Source: Antedon mediterranea
Lineage: Eukaryota > Animalia > Echinodermata
Assembly: GCF_964355755.1 (NCBI RefSeq)
Contig: NC_092676.1
Coordinates: 29,716,871 to 29,780,870 of the forward strand
Length of the DNA stretch: 64,000 nt
Reading direction: 5' to 3'
Every line of letters starts with the position of its first letter. Within the stretch, counting starts at the first letter, position 1. Of this stretch, positions 42,101 through 54,300 are shown in pieces. The notes beneath the pieces were generated by a model. That model was not told where the DNA came from and did no database searches. It was given only the letters and a program-made list of their open reading frames with translations. The position numbers and the translations under genes are program-made.

Positions 42101-45100
42101 AATCGTAGCTGTGTTTACGTGGGACCCGGCCAAAGGTGTCTCCCTCCTTTACTTTGTTTGTAGTAATCGTAGCTGTGTTTACGTGGGACCCGGCCAAAGG
42201 TGTGTCCCTCCATTATTTTGTTTGTAGTAATCGTAGCTGTGTTTACGTGGGACCCGTCCAAAGGTGTCTCCCTCCTTTATTTTGTTTGTAGTAATCGTAG
42301 CTGTGTTTACGTGGGACCCGGCCAAAGGTGTCTCCCTCCTTTATTTTGTTTGTAGTAATCGTAGATGTGTTTACGTGGGACCCGGCCAAAGGTGTGTCCC
42401 TCCTTTATTTTGTTTGTAGTAATCGTAGCTGTGTTTTCTATTAGTTTGGTACATGGGATCAGGCAATCGGTCTGAACGTGTCAGACGGACGGACAAACCA
42501 CACCATGGATTTGGCTAATAGAACACTTATTGTTACAACAGTATTGGTAAGCGTTTAATTACATTGCATTGTGGGAGAAGAGTGAATAACATTTCTGTCA
42601 TTCAAGTCAGCTTTCGATACTACTATAATTCAATTCACTTTATTACTTGTCCTCAAAAAATATATTTGGTATTTCATAGCATATAAGAATAAATAAAAAA
42701 TTAGGTTAAAAGTATAAAAAGAGTTAGGAACACTTATATAAAACACATTGCATTAAAATATAAAAAAAATCAAAATAGTATAGAGATAAACAAATTAAGT
42801 CACAAAATTAAACATCATTTAATAGTCTGATGGAATTTTATTGACAATGATATACAGTATTTTCTTTTTTAATAACAGGAAAAGCCTTACGTAATGGAAA
42901 AAGAGTCGAGTAAAGCTCTTGAAGGCAACGATAGATATGAAGGTTACTGTATAGATTTACTAGAAGAAATTGCAAAATCGATCAAATTTGATTATAAAAT
43001 AGCTCTGGTTCCAGATGGTGATTATGGAACAGAAAACGTAGATGGAAACTGGAGTGGAATGGTCGGAGAACTTGTCAAGAAAGTGAGGAATTATGTCTGT
43101 AGATGTTATGTATATTTTCCTCTCAAACAGGCAATGTATTAATAAAGAAAATTATAAACCACTTATTTAATCTTAAATACATGATTGACGTCATAGCTCT
43201 ATGTGAAGAAATTGTCGAATAAGCGTCGAATCCTACTTACGAATACATTCATTCTTCTCTTTCCAACGATGTAATAATGATTTATTCGCCCTATTGTAAA
43301 AATTATAAATACAAAATAAAATAAAAATAAAAAGCAGGACTCAAAGAATTAACGACTAAAATAACATTATTCTTTTTCAACAGAATGCGGATTTAGCCGT
43401 TGCTCCTCTTACAATAAACTACGATCGTGAAACAGCCATTGATTTTTCTAAACCATACATGCATTTAGGCATCAGTATTCTTTACCGTGTACCTGAGCCT
43501 CAAGATCCGGGTATATTCTCCTTTCTAGATCCACTTTCGTTCGACGTCTGGCTATACGTGCTTCTCGCGTTTGTGTCCGTCAGTATGACTATGTTCGTGT
43601 TGGCACGTTTTAGCCCGTACGAATGGTTTAATTCCCATCCCTGTAACCCAGAGTACGACCGAGTGGAAAACCAGTTCAACTTGCTCAATTGTATGTGGTT
43701 TGCGTTTGGTGGACTAATGCAACAAGGCTCAGAGATTAATCCAAGAGCCTTTTCCACAAGAGTGTTGAGCGGATTCTGGTGGTTTTTCTCCTTGATCTTG
43801 ATATCGTCATATACAGCGAATTTAGCTGCTTTTCTAACTGTTGAAAGAATGATATCACCAATTCAGAATGCCGATGATCTAGCAGGGCAGACTACTATTC
43901 GGTATGGGACTCGAGACGGTGGCTCTAGTGTGGCCTTCTTTGAGGTAAGTAAAGAGTTATAGCAATGAATGGTTACCGTAATACATACAATCATGTATGA
44001 GGATACGAGGGACATGCAATCTTTCACAATAACTGTTGTCCATCCCCATAAAGCTTGATTCCCACGCCATAGGTTTAACGTAAGTAAGTTGCCCCGCCAC
44101 AATGTGTGTTAGGATGATCTACTGCTTGTCATTGGTCAAATTACTTGCGGCGCGCTTGCTCGCTTTTGTTGCATCAAAATGGAAACCAAAGTTTATGGTA
44201 CAGTAATTGAACAGCATCTTTTACCACTTTATTTTCAATAACAGGAGTCTACAATTCCTACGTATAAAAAGATGTGGGATTTTATGTCCTCAAATCGTGA
44301 TGAAGTACTCATGACAAATTATTCAGAAGGTATCAACCGAGTTTTAACACAAAAGAAGTATGCTTTCCTAATGGAATCGACTATGATAGAATACATTGTA
44401 GCAGAAAACTGTAAAAACCTGACACAGATTGGTGGATTATTAAATTCAAGAGGTTACGGAATTGGAACACAGTTAGGTAAGACGCAAAACATACCGGTAC
44501 TATGTTCAGTGTATGTGAATGACGTCACATAATTAGTGACCTAACGCAAACAAGCATTTGCGGACAAAAGGCGTACTAATACCTATCAGTGCTTATCAGA
44601 ATGGCTTAAGGCGTACTAATATCTATCAGTGCTTATCAGAATGGCTTAAAGCGTACTAATATCTATCAGTGCTTATCAGAATGGCTTAAGGCGTACTAAT
44701 ATCTATCAGTGCTTATCAGAATGGCTTAAAGCGTACTAATATCTATCAGTGCTTATCAGAATGGCTTAAAGCGTACTAATATCTATCAGTGCTTATCAGA
44801 ATGGCTTAAAGCGTACTAATATCTATCAGTGCTTATCAGAATGGCTTAAAGCGTACTAATATCTATCAGTGCTTATCAGAATGGCTTAAAGCGTACTAAT
44901 ATCTATCAGTGGTTATCAGAATGGCTTAAAGCGTACTAATATCTATCAGTGCTTATCAGAATGGCTTAAAGCGTACTAATATCTATCAGTGCTTATCAGA
45001 ATGGCTTAAAGCGTACTAATATCTATCAGTGCTTATCAGAATGGCTTAAAGTGTACTAATATCTATCAGTGCTTATCAGAATGGCTTAAAGCGTACTAAT

Positions 45101-46732
45101 ATCTATCAGTGCTTATCAGAATGGCTTAAAGCGTACTAATATCTATCAGTGCTTATCAGAATGGCTTAAAGCGTACTAATATCTATCAGTGCTTATCAGA
45201 ATGGCTTAAAGCGTACTAATATCTATCAGTGCTTATCAGAATGGCTTAAAGCGTACTAATATCTATCAGTGCTTATCAGAATGGCTTAAGGCGTACTAAT
45301 ATCTATCAGTGCTTATCAGAATGGCTTAAAGCGTACTAATATCTATCAGTGCTTATCAGAATGGCTTAAGGCGTACTAATACCTATCAGTGCTTATCAGA
45401 ATGGCTTAAGGCGTACTAATATCTATCAGTGCTTATCAGAATGGCTTAAGGCGTACTAATATCTATCAGTGCTTATCAGAATGGCTTAAGGCGTACTAAT
45501 ACCTATCAGTGCTTATCAGAATGGCTTAAAGCGTACTAATATCTATCAGTGCTTATCAGAATGGCTTAAAGCGTACTAATATCTATCAGTGCTTATCAGA
45601 ATGGCTTAAGGCGTACTGATATCTATCAGTGCTTATCAGAATGGCTTAAAGCGTACTAATACCTATCACTGCTTATCAGAATGGCTTAAAGTACAATTTA
45701 AAGTTTTTCTATCCTATTCTCGTATTTTTTTATTCAAGATCCAACAATGTAAAATAAAATATACATTTGATTTACATAAAAAAGGATAAGGAAACAAACA
45801 CATTTATATATTATTAAAAATGACATTAAAAACAGAAGTATTAAAACTAAAAATATCGATGTAAGGAAACATTTGAACTAAACTATTATATGAATGAGCA
45901 ACCCGACAAAAAATACCGTTTTTACAAACATTAACACGAGAAAACTGCACTTTTAAAAGATTATTAATACGAAGTTTACGCACAGGGACACGAAAATTAA
46001 ATTGAGACAAATTTACAATTTTCTTAATAATTATTAATTCAATTAATGTGTTTTATTCTCTATCAGGCTCCCCTTACCGTGATGAAATTACAAAGGTAAT
46101 ATTAAGATTACAAGAAGATGGAAAGTTGATTGCGATGCAAAATAAATGGTGGAAGAAAGAGCAGTGTGAGCGAGAAGATTCGACGAAAGAAGACGCCAAC
46201 GAACTAGGGTTGAAAAATATAGGAGGCATATTTCTTGTCTTACTGTTTGGCCTAGCAATTGGGGTGTTCTTAGCATTTGGAGAATTTCTCTGGAAGTCGA
46301 GACAGAACGCCGAGTTGGATAAGGTAATTATGTACTGCAAGATTCCTTTATGTCCACAATAATTTTTCAATGGCACTTCTTTCCTGTATCATTTTTTTTT
46401 AAATTGTTTGATTGTTTTATGAATTTTAAGTTGTTGTAACATCTGGCTAATGAGCTATAGGCCTAGTGCTTCAATATCTCTTCATAAGCCCCAGACGTTT
46501 TTTGCCAAACAATGAAATTACTTTATTGTTTGAAGGGATAAATATTGACCAATGTATACTTTGTTTTCAGAAATCAATGTGTGCAGAAATGGCGGCAGAA
46601 CTACGATTCGCTTTACGTTGTAATTCCAAAAAACAAGATAGGAAATCACTTGAACTTGATGGTTACCTGTCTCCGCCATTTCAAAGCGCAATGAACGGGC
46701 AAACAGTTCAAATGATGGACAGTCTAACATAG
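26950..46732 (+). CDS. GRIK: Gene A: kainate-type ionotropic glutamate receptor subunit, 13 coding exons, signal-peptide exon not located
   Basis: Exons 26950-27108, 36953-37204, 37514-37689, 37972-38025, 39157-39297, 40406-40552, 41366-41491, 42445-42546, 42879-43082, 43384-43944, 44245-44476, 46067-46323, 46571-46732. All introns are GT-AG with matching phases and give one frame. Motifs: [68 protein letters not shown]. Orthology to a specific vertebrate GRIK is not established. Confidence 0.95.
28601..28756. mobile_element. MITE family A
   Basis: ctctgtctacactatcgaac..gtttgatagacagagct with the family core. Confidence 0.8.
29650..29782. repeat. 21-bp tandem repeat, about 6 copies
   Basis: Unit about GGTTCGACGCGATGGCAAAA(A/G). 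Confidence 0.85.
30883..33365. mobile_element. Non-autonomous Kolobok-like DNA transposon in a gene A intron
   Basis: TTAA on both sides (30879-82 and 33366-69). TIRs AGGGGGGTTCCGGGTTTAAAAT / ATTTTAAACCCAGAATCCCCCT. Confidence 0.8.
31333..32174. mobile_element. Non-autonomous MULE-like element nested in the Kolobok-like element
   Basis: About 78-bp TIRs beginning GGTGACTACTTCTTCGCATGCAGC and an exact 9-bp TSD GATGACGAT (31324-32 and 32175-83). Confidence 0.85.
33887..34118. mobile_element. MITE family B (degenerate, internal duplication)
   Basis: cgcaaggacgtaa, two GACCAATCAC..TTGTGATTGGTCAA units and gcgttgcgtcctagtg. Confidence 0.65.
36953..37204 (+). CDS. Gene A exon (ATD)
   Basis: tgcag|CA TGT ([27 protein letters not shown]) G|gtaagg, 252 nt. 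Confidence 0.93.
37514..37689 (+). CDS. Gene A exon (ATD)
   Basis: ttcag|GA TTA ([19 protein letters not shown])|gtaatg. Confidence 0.93.
37972..38025 (+). CDS. Gene A micro-exon (ATD)
   Basis: tttag|[18 protein letters not shown]|gtaagt matches the kainate YHYIFTTL segment. It is not in the ORF track in this frame. Confidence 0.88.
39157..39297 (+). CDS. Gene A exon (ATD)
   Basis: tttag|[27 protein letters not shown]|gtaagt. Confidence 0.9.
39681..39848. mobile_element. MITE family A, intact with TSD TAA
   Basis: taa|agctctgtctacacta...tagtgtggacagagct|taa. Confidence 0.88.
40406..40552 (+). CDS. Gene A exon (ATD)
   Basis: tttag|[25 protein letters not shown]|gtaaac. Confidence 0.92.
40622..40892. 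repeat. 16-bp tandem repeat, about 17 copies
   Basis: Unit AGCTGATATCCAGGGG with variants. Confidence 0.92.
41366..41491 (+). CDS. Gene A exon (ATD)
   Basis: tttag|[29 protein letters not shown]|gtatgt. Confidence 0.9.
41740..42436. repeat. 64-bp minisatellite, about 11 copies
   Basis: Unit GTGTTTACGTGGGACCCGGCCAAAGGTGTSTCCCTCCTTTATTTTGTTTGTAGTAATCGTAGCT. Confidence 0.97.
42445..42546 (+). CDS. Gene A exon (ATD-S1 linker)
   Basis: attag|[24 protein letters not shown]|gtaagc. Confidence 0.92.
42879..43082 (+). CDS. Gene A exon (S1)
   Basis: aacag|[37 protein letters not shown]|gtgagg. Confidence 0.95.
43384..43944 (+). CDS. Gene A exon (end of S1, M1-M2-M3, start of S2), 561 nt
   Basis: aacag|[39 protein letters not shown]|gtaagt. 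Confidence 0.97.
44245..44476 (+). CDS. Gene A exon (S2)
   Basis: aacag|[31 protein letters not shown]|gtaaga. Confidence 0.96.
44571..45690. repeat. 40-bp minisatellite, 28 copies
   Basis: Unit GCGTACTAATATCTATCAGTGCTTATCAGAATGGCTTAAR, nearly invariant. Confidence 0.98.
45720..46015 (-). mobile_element. CR1-like LINE 3' fragment
   Basis: ORF 45804-46010 ([29 protein letters not shown]) resembles CR1-group ORF2 C-termini and is followed by a short UTR. Confidence 0.55.
46067..46323 (+). CDS. Gene A exon (end of S2, M4)
   Basis: atcag|GC TCC ([46 protein letters not shown])|gtaatt. Confidence 0.96.
46571..46732 (+). CDS. Gene A last coding exon (cytoplasmic tail)
   Basis: ttcag|[26 protein letters not shown]. 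The Cys spacing matches GluK2 RSFCSAMVEELRMSLKC. Confidence 0.9.
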   Translation, partial: KSMCAEMAAELRFALRCNSKKQDRKSLELDGYLSPPFQSAMNGQTVQMMDSLT

Positions 46733-49700
46733 CATCAACAGTTAAATAAATACGTCATGATGGCGTAATACAGACCTTTTTCAGTTAAATCATTCACGTT
46801 ATTTATAAAATAACGGAATAAAAACATTTTTCAGTTAATCAGTACGTCTTAAGGAGAATATTTCTCCATGGTCTTATATCATAGACGATATAATTTAGGA
46901 ACAGTTGTTATGCTTTGAGAGGGCGTTCCATTTTTTATTTTTTATTGAGATTTATACGCATGCGCACGTAACAATTCATGTTTGTAAAGAAGTGGAACTT
47001 CATTGTATTAGTTTGACTTTGCTTCAGTATTGAAATGTTGAATGAAGTAAAAAATAGATTTGGGAAAATAAATTATATTATTCATAAATTTCTGATTGCC
47101 TTTCAAATTTCGAGAGGCAATATAAACCGAAACGTTGTTTAAAAAATCATTACGTCATTCAAATAGTATATAATGGTTGTGGAATTATAGTAGCCAACGA
47201 TCAATGAAACATTTTAATATTGGAGACGGGAAATGTATATCAGACGGTAATAAAACAAAATTGGAATTCGTGAAACTTAAGTGGCATTAATAAATGTTTT
47301 ACTTTCTGGATTTATCGAAGCAAAATATCATAAAATGCAATTTGCTTCCACAGTAAAACAACCATTATTTCTTTATAAAACCATTTTAATGATAAATGTC
47401 ATTTTCTATAATAATAATTCTTTATTTTTTTCAGTAAAGTTTATAATTGCCGTGAGTGTTCTATACTTTTTGTTTAAATTTTGCTCTAGACTGGTGGGCC
47501 CAGTAAAGTTTAACTTTTACCCTATACAAATATAGGATGGAATAAAGAAAATTTTCTATTTTGAATAATATATAAATATATAAATAATTAAATTCAGCAT
47601 CGATGTATATATAATTGAACATAAACTAGGATAGTTGTACTCGGATAATATACAGTAAGAAGATTATAAGAGAATAATGAACATTTTAAAACTGTTATTA
47701 TAAATTATTTTAATAGTCTTAGTTATCATTTATAATAGTCAATTGAAGAGCATGACCTATGACCTTAGAATGTATTGTTTTATGTTTACGTTTTATCATG
47801 TCATATTATCGCATAAAAAGATATTTGTATTCACAAGCGATGTAAAGCTACTGTATGTTCACACGAGGCACTGACAATTTAACCTTTTTTTGTTCGTATT
47901 ATAAATGTCGCCTCCTATCGACAGGAGACGTATTATACATAATATGCAAATTTGACAACCACCGATAGATGTCTAATTTGGGGTTATCTATCAGCCATAT
48001 ATAATAGAGACGGTTTGCATATAATTAAGAAAATAAGTAGATTTAAGAAAAAAAAAATACATTTGTGAATAAATATTCAAATATTAAATATCCAACTGTT
48101 TTTATTTTGTTTTTCCAAGGCATATAATATTACCAGCCTAATCAATATCATTAGGCCTATTAGTTATTAGTATATGGTATGGTCTATGCTATTTATTTAG
48201 TAAACCTAATTATTGTTAATATCCCAAATTAATCAAAATCCTACTGATTCGTTTTCAGCAATTATCCAGAATACCAAAATATTAAAAAACTATTAGCCTA
48301 CACTCAACGAATAAATACGTTTACATTTGTTTCAATAGATAGAGTGTACAAGGTTTTAACGTCAGTAGTGATGGGATGGGGTTTAATTGGAAACCAAAAA
48401 TCTCTGATATGTTTTTATTTTAACGCATTTTTAATGTCGGATGCCGAGAGTTGAGACCAATAGAATGTACGTTTTACGTGTAGGATTAAAATGTATCGTC
48501 TGTCTATGGTTTCTGTAGTACAGCTGGGATATACTAATTGTATCTGTACAGAAATTAAATCATTATTGTTACTAATAACGCATTAATAATCTAAGTCGAT
48601 CCCCTGTCGATTTTTGGTTAGGTTTACAGTAATTTAAAGACTCGTTTTGAATACTGAGGAAATACACATAGGACTACAGATATTATACAATTTGACCTAC
48701 TTTGTATATTATTATATATTAATTATATTATTAAAATTGGTATTGATTCTAAATTGTTGATGCTGTACTTTTTTTGTTCAATATTCTAATCTTGCATCTC
48801 TGCCATTTGTCGCTCTGACTTTGTAAATGTACAATTACAAGCAATTACTTAAACTGTATCTATCTAGCATGCTGTAAAATACTAATTCTTTGCTAGGCCT
48901 ACCTCAGGCTCCGGTACGTCGCACTGCTGGTATGCCAAAGCCTATGCTCGTACCTAGGGAGCCTAGCTAGATCTTAAATACCGTACCAACCTAGCCTAGG
49001 GCCTAGCCCTAGGGCCTAGGCTAGGCCTAGCTAGGCCCGGAGGCCTAGCTAGACCTACTAGAGGGCGGCGCGGTATCAACAAGAAATAGGCCTATGTAAA
49101 CTATTTTGTCGTTGCAATAAAACAAACTTGAAACTAATACTTACAACAATTGATGAAAAACAGTAATCTTGGGTCGATTTTCACATTTAAAAGTACCGGT
49201 TCCTTGCTTTGGTTAGAAAAGACGTCACAGAAACTTTTCTAATCAACTGCGCATGGGTAATAAATACGTTTCGTTGTTGTTTAATTTTGTTATTGTGTAC
49301 TCCACTGTATTATTAATGGATGAAAACGTGGGCCGCGTACTTCCCTCTTTTTTTCTAATTAATCTAGACTAATTGCTATTATTAATAAAACAGTAATAAA
49401 TATAAACAATTTCAATCAGGTCGAAGGTCAGCCTCTGTAATTTATTAAAATACATCATGGTGAATACCCTGAAAAAGACTTATCTACATTTGATTACCAG
49501 CTGTGCTATTATTTACATCCACAAACTAAAACTCGTATTATTATGACAAATTTATTATTAGTTTTGTAAAAGCTATAAAACGGATCACTTACACATGAAT
49601 GTTATCACAGATTAGTTCTTGATGGTTTTACACAGTTCGGCTATTTTGTCATTTACCAAAAAAATGTAAGCTATAGGCCTACATTCTGGACAGTTAAAGT

Positions 49701-51179
49701 TAAAACGCCAGGGCCACTGGATAAACATATCAAGTGTCATTCTTCGCATGCGCAAACAACTTCTAACAACCGACCTTTGACATTTTCCGTATATATTATA
49801 ATCGCTTAAAACGTTTACATAACATTTCATGAAACGAAATATTATATAATACGCATTTTTAATAATTACTTATGTAGGCCTATTGTATTTAACATTGAAC
49901 CGTCACGGTGTATGATATAATGGTAAAATTAATACTGCTAGAATAATATATTTAATTTATAATTTAATGTCAAGCAAAAAAAAACTGCTATGTATCTTTA
50001 TATTTTAAAAATTATTCAATCTTGAATATTTGAGTAGCATAATTAACTAAACAACTACGGGAAAATTGAAAATTAATTAAATTAGTTTGTGATAATTGTT
50101 TTACATATAGAATTAAACTTTTTAAAATACTTTAATTTGGATTAAAAAAAGTGAAACTTGTTTGAGACTATATGGGAATGATCATAAAAATCCGCTATAA
50201 TGTAATACAATTAGCAGGCCTATCGTTTGTTTTAAATATATACATTTTTTATATACACAGTAATACAATTTATGATAACTTTAATATTAATTCAAATTAC
50301 TACTAAAATTGTCTATTCTACTTGTTTGAGAATCGTATGAGTGTGTTAAAACTTAAAAAGCTGGTAAACCATTACATTTTTTTTTTAATAAGACTATTAT
50401 TATTTACAATTAAAAACCCCTCAATGCAATCTCTTGATTTGTGGATGATACCGTACTCTCCTTAAACTGTAGGCCTACACACATAGGCCTATACCATACT
50501 ACATCGCCCATTCAGGTGTTGTTATTACCCAGGTAAGTACTTGGTGACCACCCATCACTGGTTAACGATAATTGGCCCATGAAACCAACAGGTAAATAAC
50601 TAAGTATGAACGAGCCCATGGACTAATAATCAAAGTAAAGCAATTACAAATAATAAAATCGATGATACACTTTTTTAAAATTGATAACAATTAGCTCTCT
50701 ATAGCTATAGTATTGATAAGACTAATTGATATTGCGGCGATACTGATAACATCGTAACCGACAGAGATAACATTATTATTGAGTTTCTAGACGGCAGACG
50801 ATCATTTTATATTTATCTACGCATGCGTGCAAGAGAGATAAAATCATAATCGAACTTTCGTTTCAAGACGGCAGACGAGAGAGACGATAGTTTAATTTTA
50901 AAAGATTTATCTACGCATGCGTAAAAGTGAGTTAAAAATCAAAGAACCTATATTTTAACAATGTTGATTAACTCAAATTAATAATACATACCATACTATT
51001 AAAGTAATTAAGAAGATATGAGTTTGTAATTTGTGAAGCTAATGTGTGAAAATTCCTATGTCACTGGAACCAGCGTTTCCAATAACAAGATCCGTCAATA
51101 GTACACCAATAAGCCAGGCCTATTCCATTTATAATGTTGCTATATATCCATATAAAACAATCGAATGACCTAATTACAG

Positions 51180-51317
51180 TCATCTAACCGACGTTGTAAA
51201 TGGATTTGATAACTTATGATCTAAGTCAATATTTGAATTCAGTCGTTTTCTTCTTCCGGTCTGTTTACAGTTCAACGCAAACCACATGGACGATCTCATC
51301 TCTTGGCACATGGAACG
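51180..51317 (-). CDS. Gene B last coding exon (cytoplasmic tail)
   Basis: tccag|[35 protein letters not shown]. Confidence 0.9.
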   Translation of the reverse strand, partial: RSMCQEMRSSMWFALNCKQTGRRKRLNSNIDLDHKLSNPFTTSVR

Positions 51318-54300
51318 CTGGAGAAAAAAAAAGGGAATATGTTTTCTTTATTCAATAATCAAGGTCAGAAAATAAATTTCATATTAAAAAACAACCAGTT
51401 GCATTTATCTAACACGTACGTTTTGTACGAGATCCGAACTAGTTAGTTTAAACGGTCCTTAAACATCACACCCAATTGTAACTTTATCCGGTCACGAGAC
51501 AGGAATTCGGGCTCAATGTGAACGTAGTGTAATACCTGGACACATTAACGATTATGACGTTATCATTGGTCATGCTCAGTAGATATTTATCAAGAGATAA
51601 GATGTTGTATAGCAATCATCATCTTATGTTACATTTATAGATCGTAACAATTCCTGATGACGTCACAAAGTGTTTTAAGCGTAATTCTAATCGAATTCAA
51701 TGGACATAAATAAGTATGCACTTTACGAAAGTAAAAACCAAACTTTGGTAAATAGTTTTTGTTTTACTTTTGTACGTCATGTTACGTTCTTACGCGTACC
51801 AGGGATCATAAATATAAACGTACGATAAAATTCTCTACGCGTACCGCGTATACTGATTAATACGCTTGGTTCCAACTATAGGACGAACACAATGACGTAA
51901 GCGAAACGCTAGTAATGTAATCCTTGTTCCCACTAGAGACACAACACAAGGACGTAACGCAACGTAAGGGATTTGACCAATCACAAGCGATGGATTATTC
52001 GAAAAGTCGCTTGTCATTGGTCAACACGTTTGCGTTGCGCGTACGTCTCTAGTGTGAACCACGTTATAGGACGTAAGCGAAACGCCGGTAATTTAACCAA
52101 TCACGACGCGACGGACGTCCTTGCGCTGCGTCCAAGTGGAAACCAAGCTTTATTCCTTACAAAGACCTTACCTTTTCAATTTCAGCATACTGTCGGCTCT
52201 TCCAAAGGAATTCGGAAACAACAGCAAATAGGCTAAATGCAATGCCAATAACAAGCACAACAAACACTCCGCCAATGTTCTCATAGCCTAGACGGTTGTC
52301 ATCGTCGCCTATTTCATAAGCTTTGCAAGTATCACTCTTGTAGTTACCTTTCTGCCACCATTTATTCTCCATTTCTATCAGAGTACCATTCTCTTGAAGC
52401 TGAAGAATAGATTGAGTGAGTCTGTCCCTTAATTTTGATCCTTAAAAGAAAACGTGTATACGTTAGACCGGAATAATATATAAACAAAACATAGATTAGC
52501 CTGTTTATTACCTCTAACCGGAATAATATATAAACAAAACATAGATTAGCCTGTTTATTACCTCTAACCGGAATAATATATTTTAACAAAACATAGATTA
52601 GCCTGTTTATTACCTCTAACCGGAATATTTATACCTGGAAATTATCAAAGTACAGACATCATACAGTGTATATATATTTGTTTGTTTGTTCGTGATTGGA
52701 GAAAGATATTCTCTTCTCTCTGTGCCAACCAGAAACAGCTCTTAGTCGCCTTAAATTGTTTGAGACTACATCTGAAGTACGCATTGGTTAATTGTGGTCA
52801 GACTAGTTTCCTACTAGCTTTTTTAAAACCATATTTAATGAGGGTGATCCATCCAGCTAGATGCTCTACATAAACAAGTCTTTGGGAGTGGAGTAATTTG
52901 GTCCTTAGAAAAAATCCTGACATGTGACGGGACTTGAACCCAGGACCCTTTGAGTGGTAGCCAAGCATCATAACCACCAAGCTTTTGTGCTATTAGTCCT
53001 TTTGATAATAATCATACAAAATGTAATCATTAAATAATGTCCTAAGCAGCGTTCCGTACTTACCAAGTGGGGTTCCAATTCCATAACTAATTGTATTTAA
53101 TAGACCACCAATCCTCGTCAGATTTCGACAGTATTGTGAAATATAATATTCAGTAGCCGTAGACTCCATTAAGAAGGCGTAATCTTCATCGGCACTTAAA
53201 ACCCGATTTACTCCTTCTTCTTCCGTCTTCACAAACACCTCTGGTTTGTTTGACATAAATTGCCACATCTTTTCAAATGTCGGAATACTCGATCTCTAAA
53301 AGAAATAACACGACTTTTAGATTAAGGATAGATATTTTGTTTCTGTATTATACATTCACAGGAAAGATACATATCTCAGGGCTAACCCGGCATCTCTCTC
53401 TTAAGCTCTGTCTACACTATCAAACTAGTTTGACAAAAAAAGTGTGATGTCCCCAAATATGGTAGTGATATGACCAAAGATGGTAGTGATATGACATCAC
53501 TATGTCCAACGTATGGGCACATCACATTTTGTTGTCAAATAAAGTTTGATAGTGTAGGCAGAGTAGCTTTACAGGCCAGTTTGAAAATGTAGTTTACCAG
53601 TACTATTCCGGTTATTTTGATACACCATGTGGAGGATGCGTGCCACATAGCAAACAAATACCGAACAAATATTCAACCAATGTCGTTTTCTTTTGAAAAA
53701 CAAAGACCTAAAGCTTTTTCTAAACTATCAAACTAGTTTGACAAAAAAAATATGATGTGCCCAAACATGGTAATGATATGACATCATCGTGTTCATAAAT
53801 GGACACATCACATACAGTTTGATAGTGTAGACAGAGCTTTATAGAAACGAAAACACAAAGTCTGATTGAAAATGAAAAATGTTAATTTCACACAATTCAA
53901 TTTGCAGCGCGTTGATAACGATCTGTAAATGCAACATAATTACTAAAATGCAAAAATGCTGAGATACTAACATAGGGTTATCATACTCCAATCAAATGAA
54001 AATACTTTAACTGTTTGTGAGATAAGGATCGAGTAATTATATAAAGATATTCTTGGAATTTTGTATTCACATAATTATTATCTAGTGGTATTAATTATAA
54101 TTTAGTGTATTATCGTATCATTGCTCTTTATCATCACATTTTTATTTTTTAATTTGTGTCAGTTATGTGTCATTTTTTGTAAATAGTTTTTGAATCATAA
54201 GTAAATGATAACTTTTATAAAACACCAATCAAAGTATTGTATCCGTTTTAAAAATAAAGTTGTTATGATTATCACCTCCTCTTCTTCTTGATATGAGAGG

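Noticed and set aside
44160-44180. Editing-complementary sequence for the gene A Q/R site
   Set aside because: Only 9 nt (TTGTTGCAT) match, and it lies in a MITE B remnant.
46718-46732. C-terminal PDZ ligand (DSLT, and TSVR in gene B)
   Set aside because: Terminal residues are not the hydrophobic residue required by canonical class I/II motifs.
52915-52992. Functional tRNA gene
   Set aside because: Acceptor stem does not pair and the sequence continues into a SINE body and tail.
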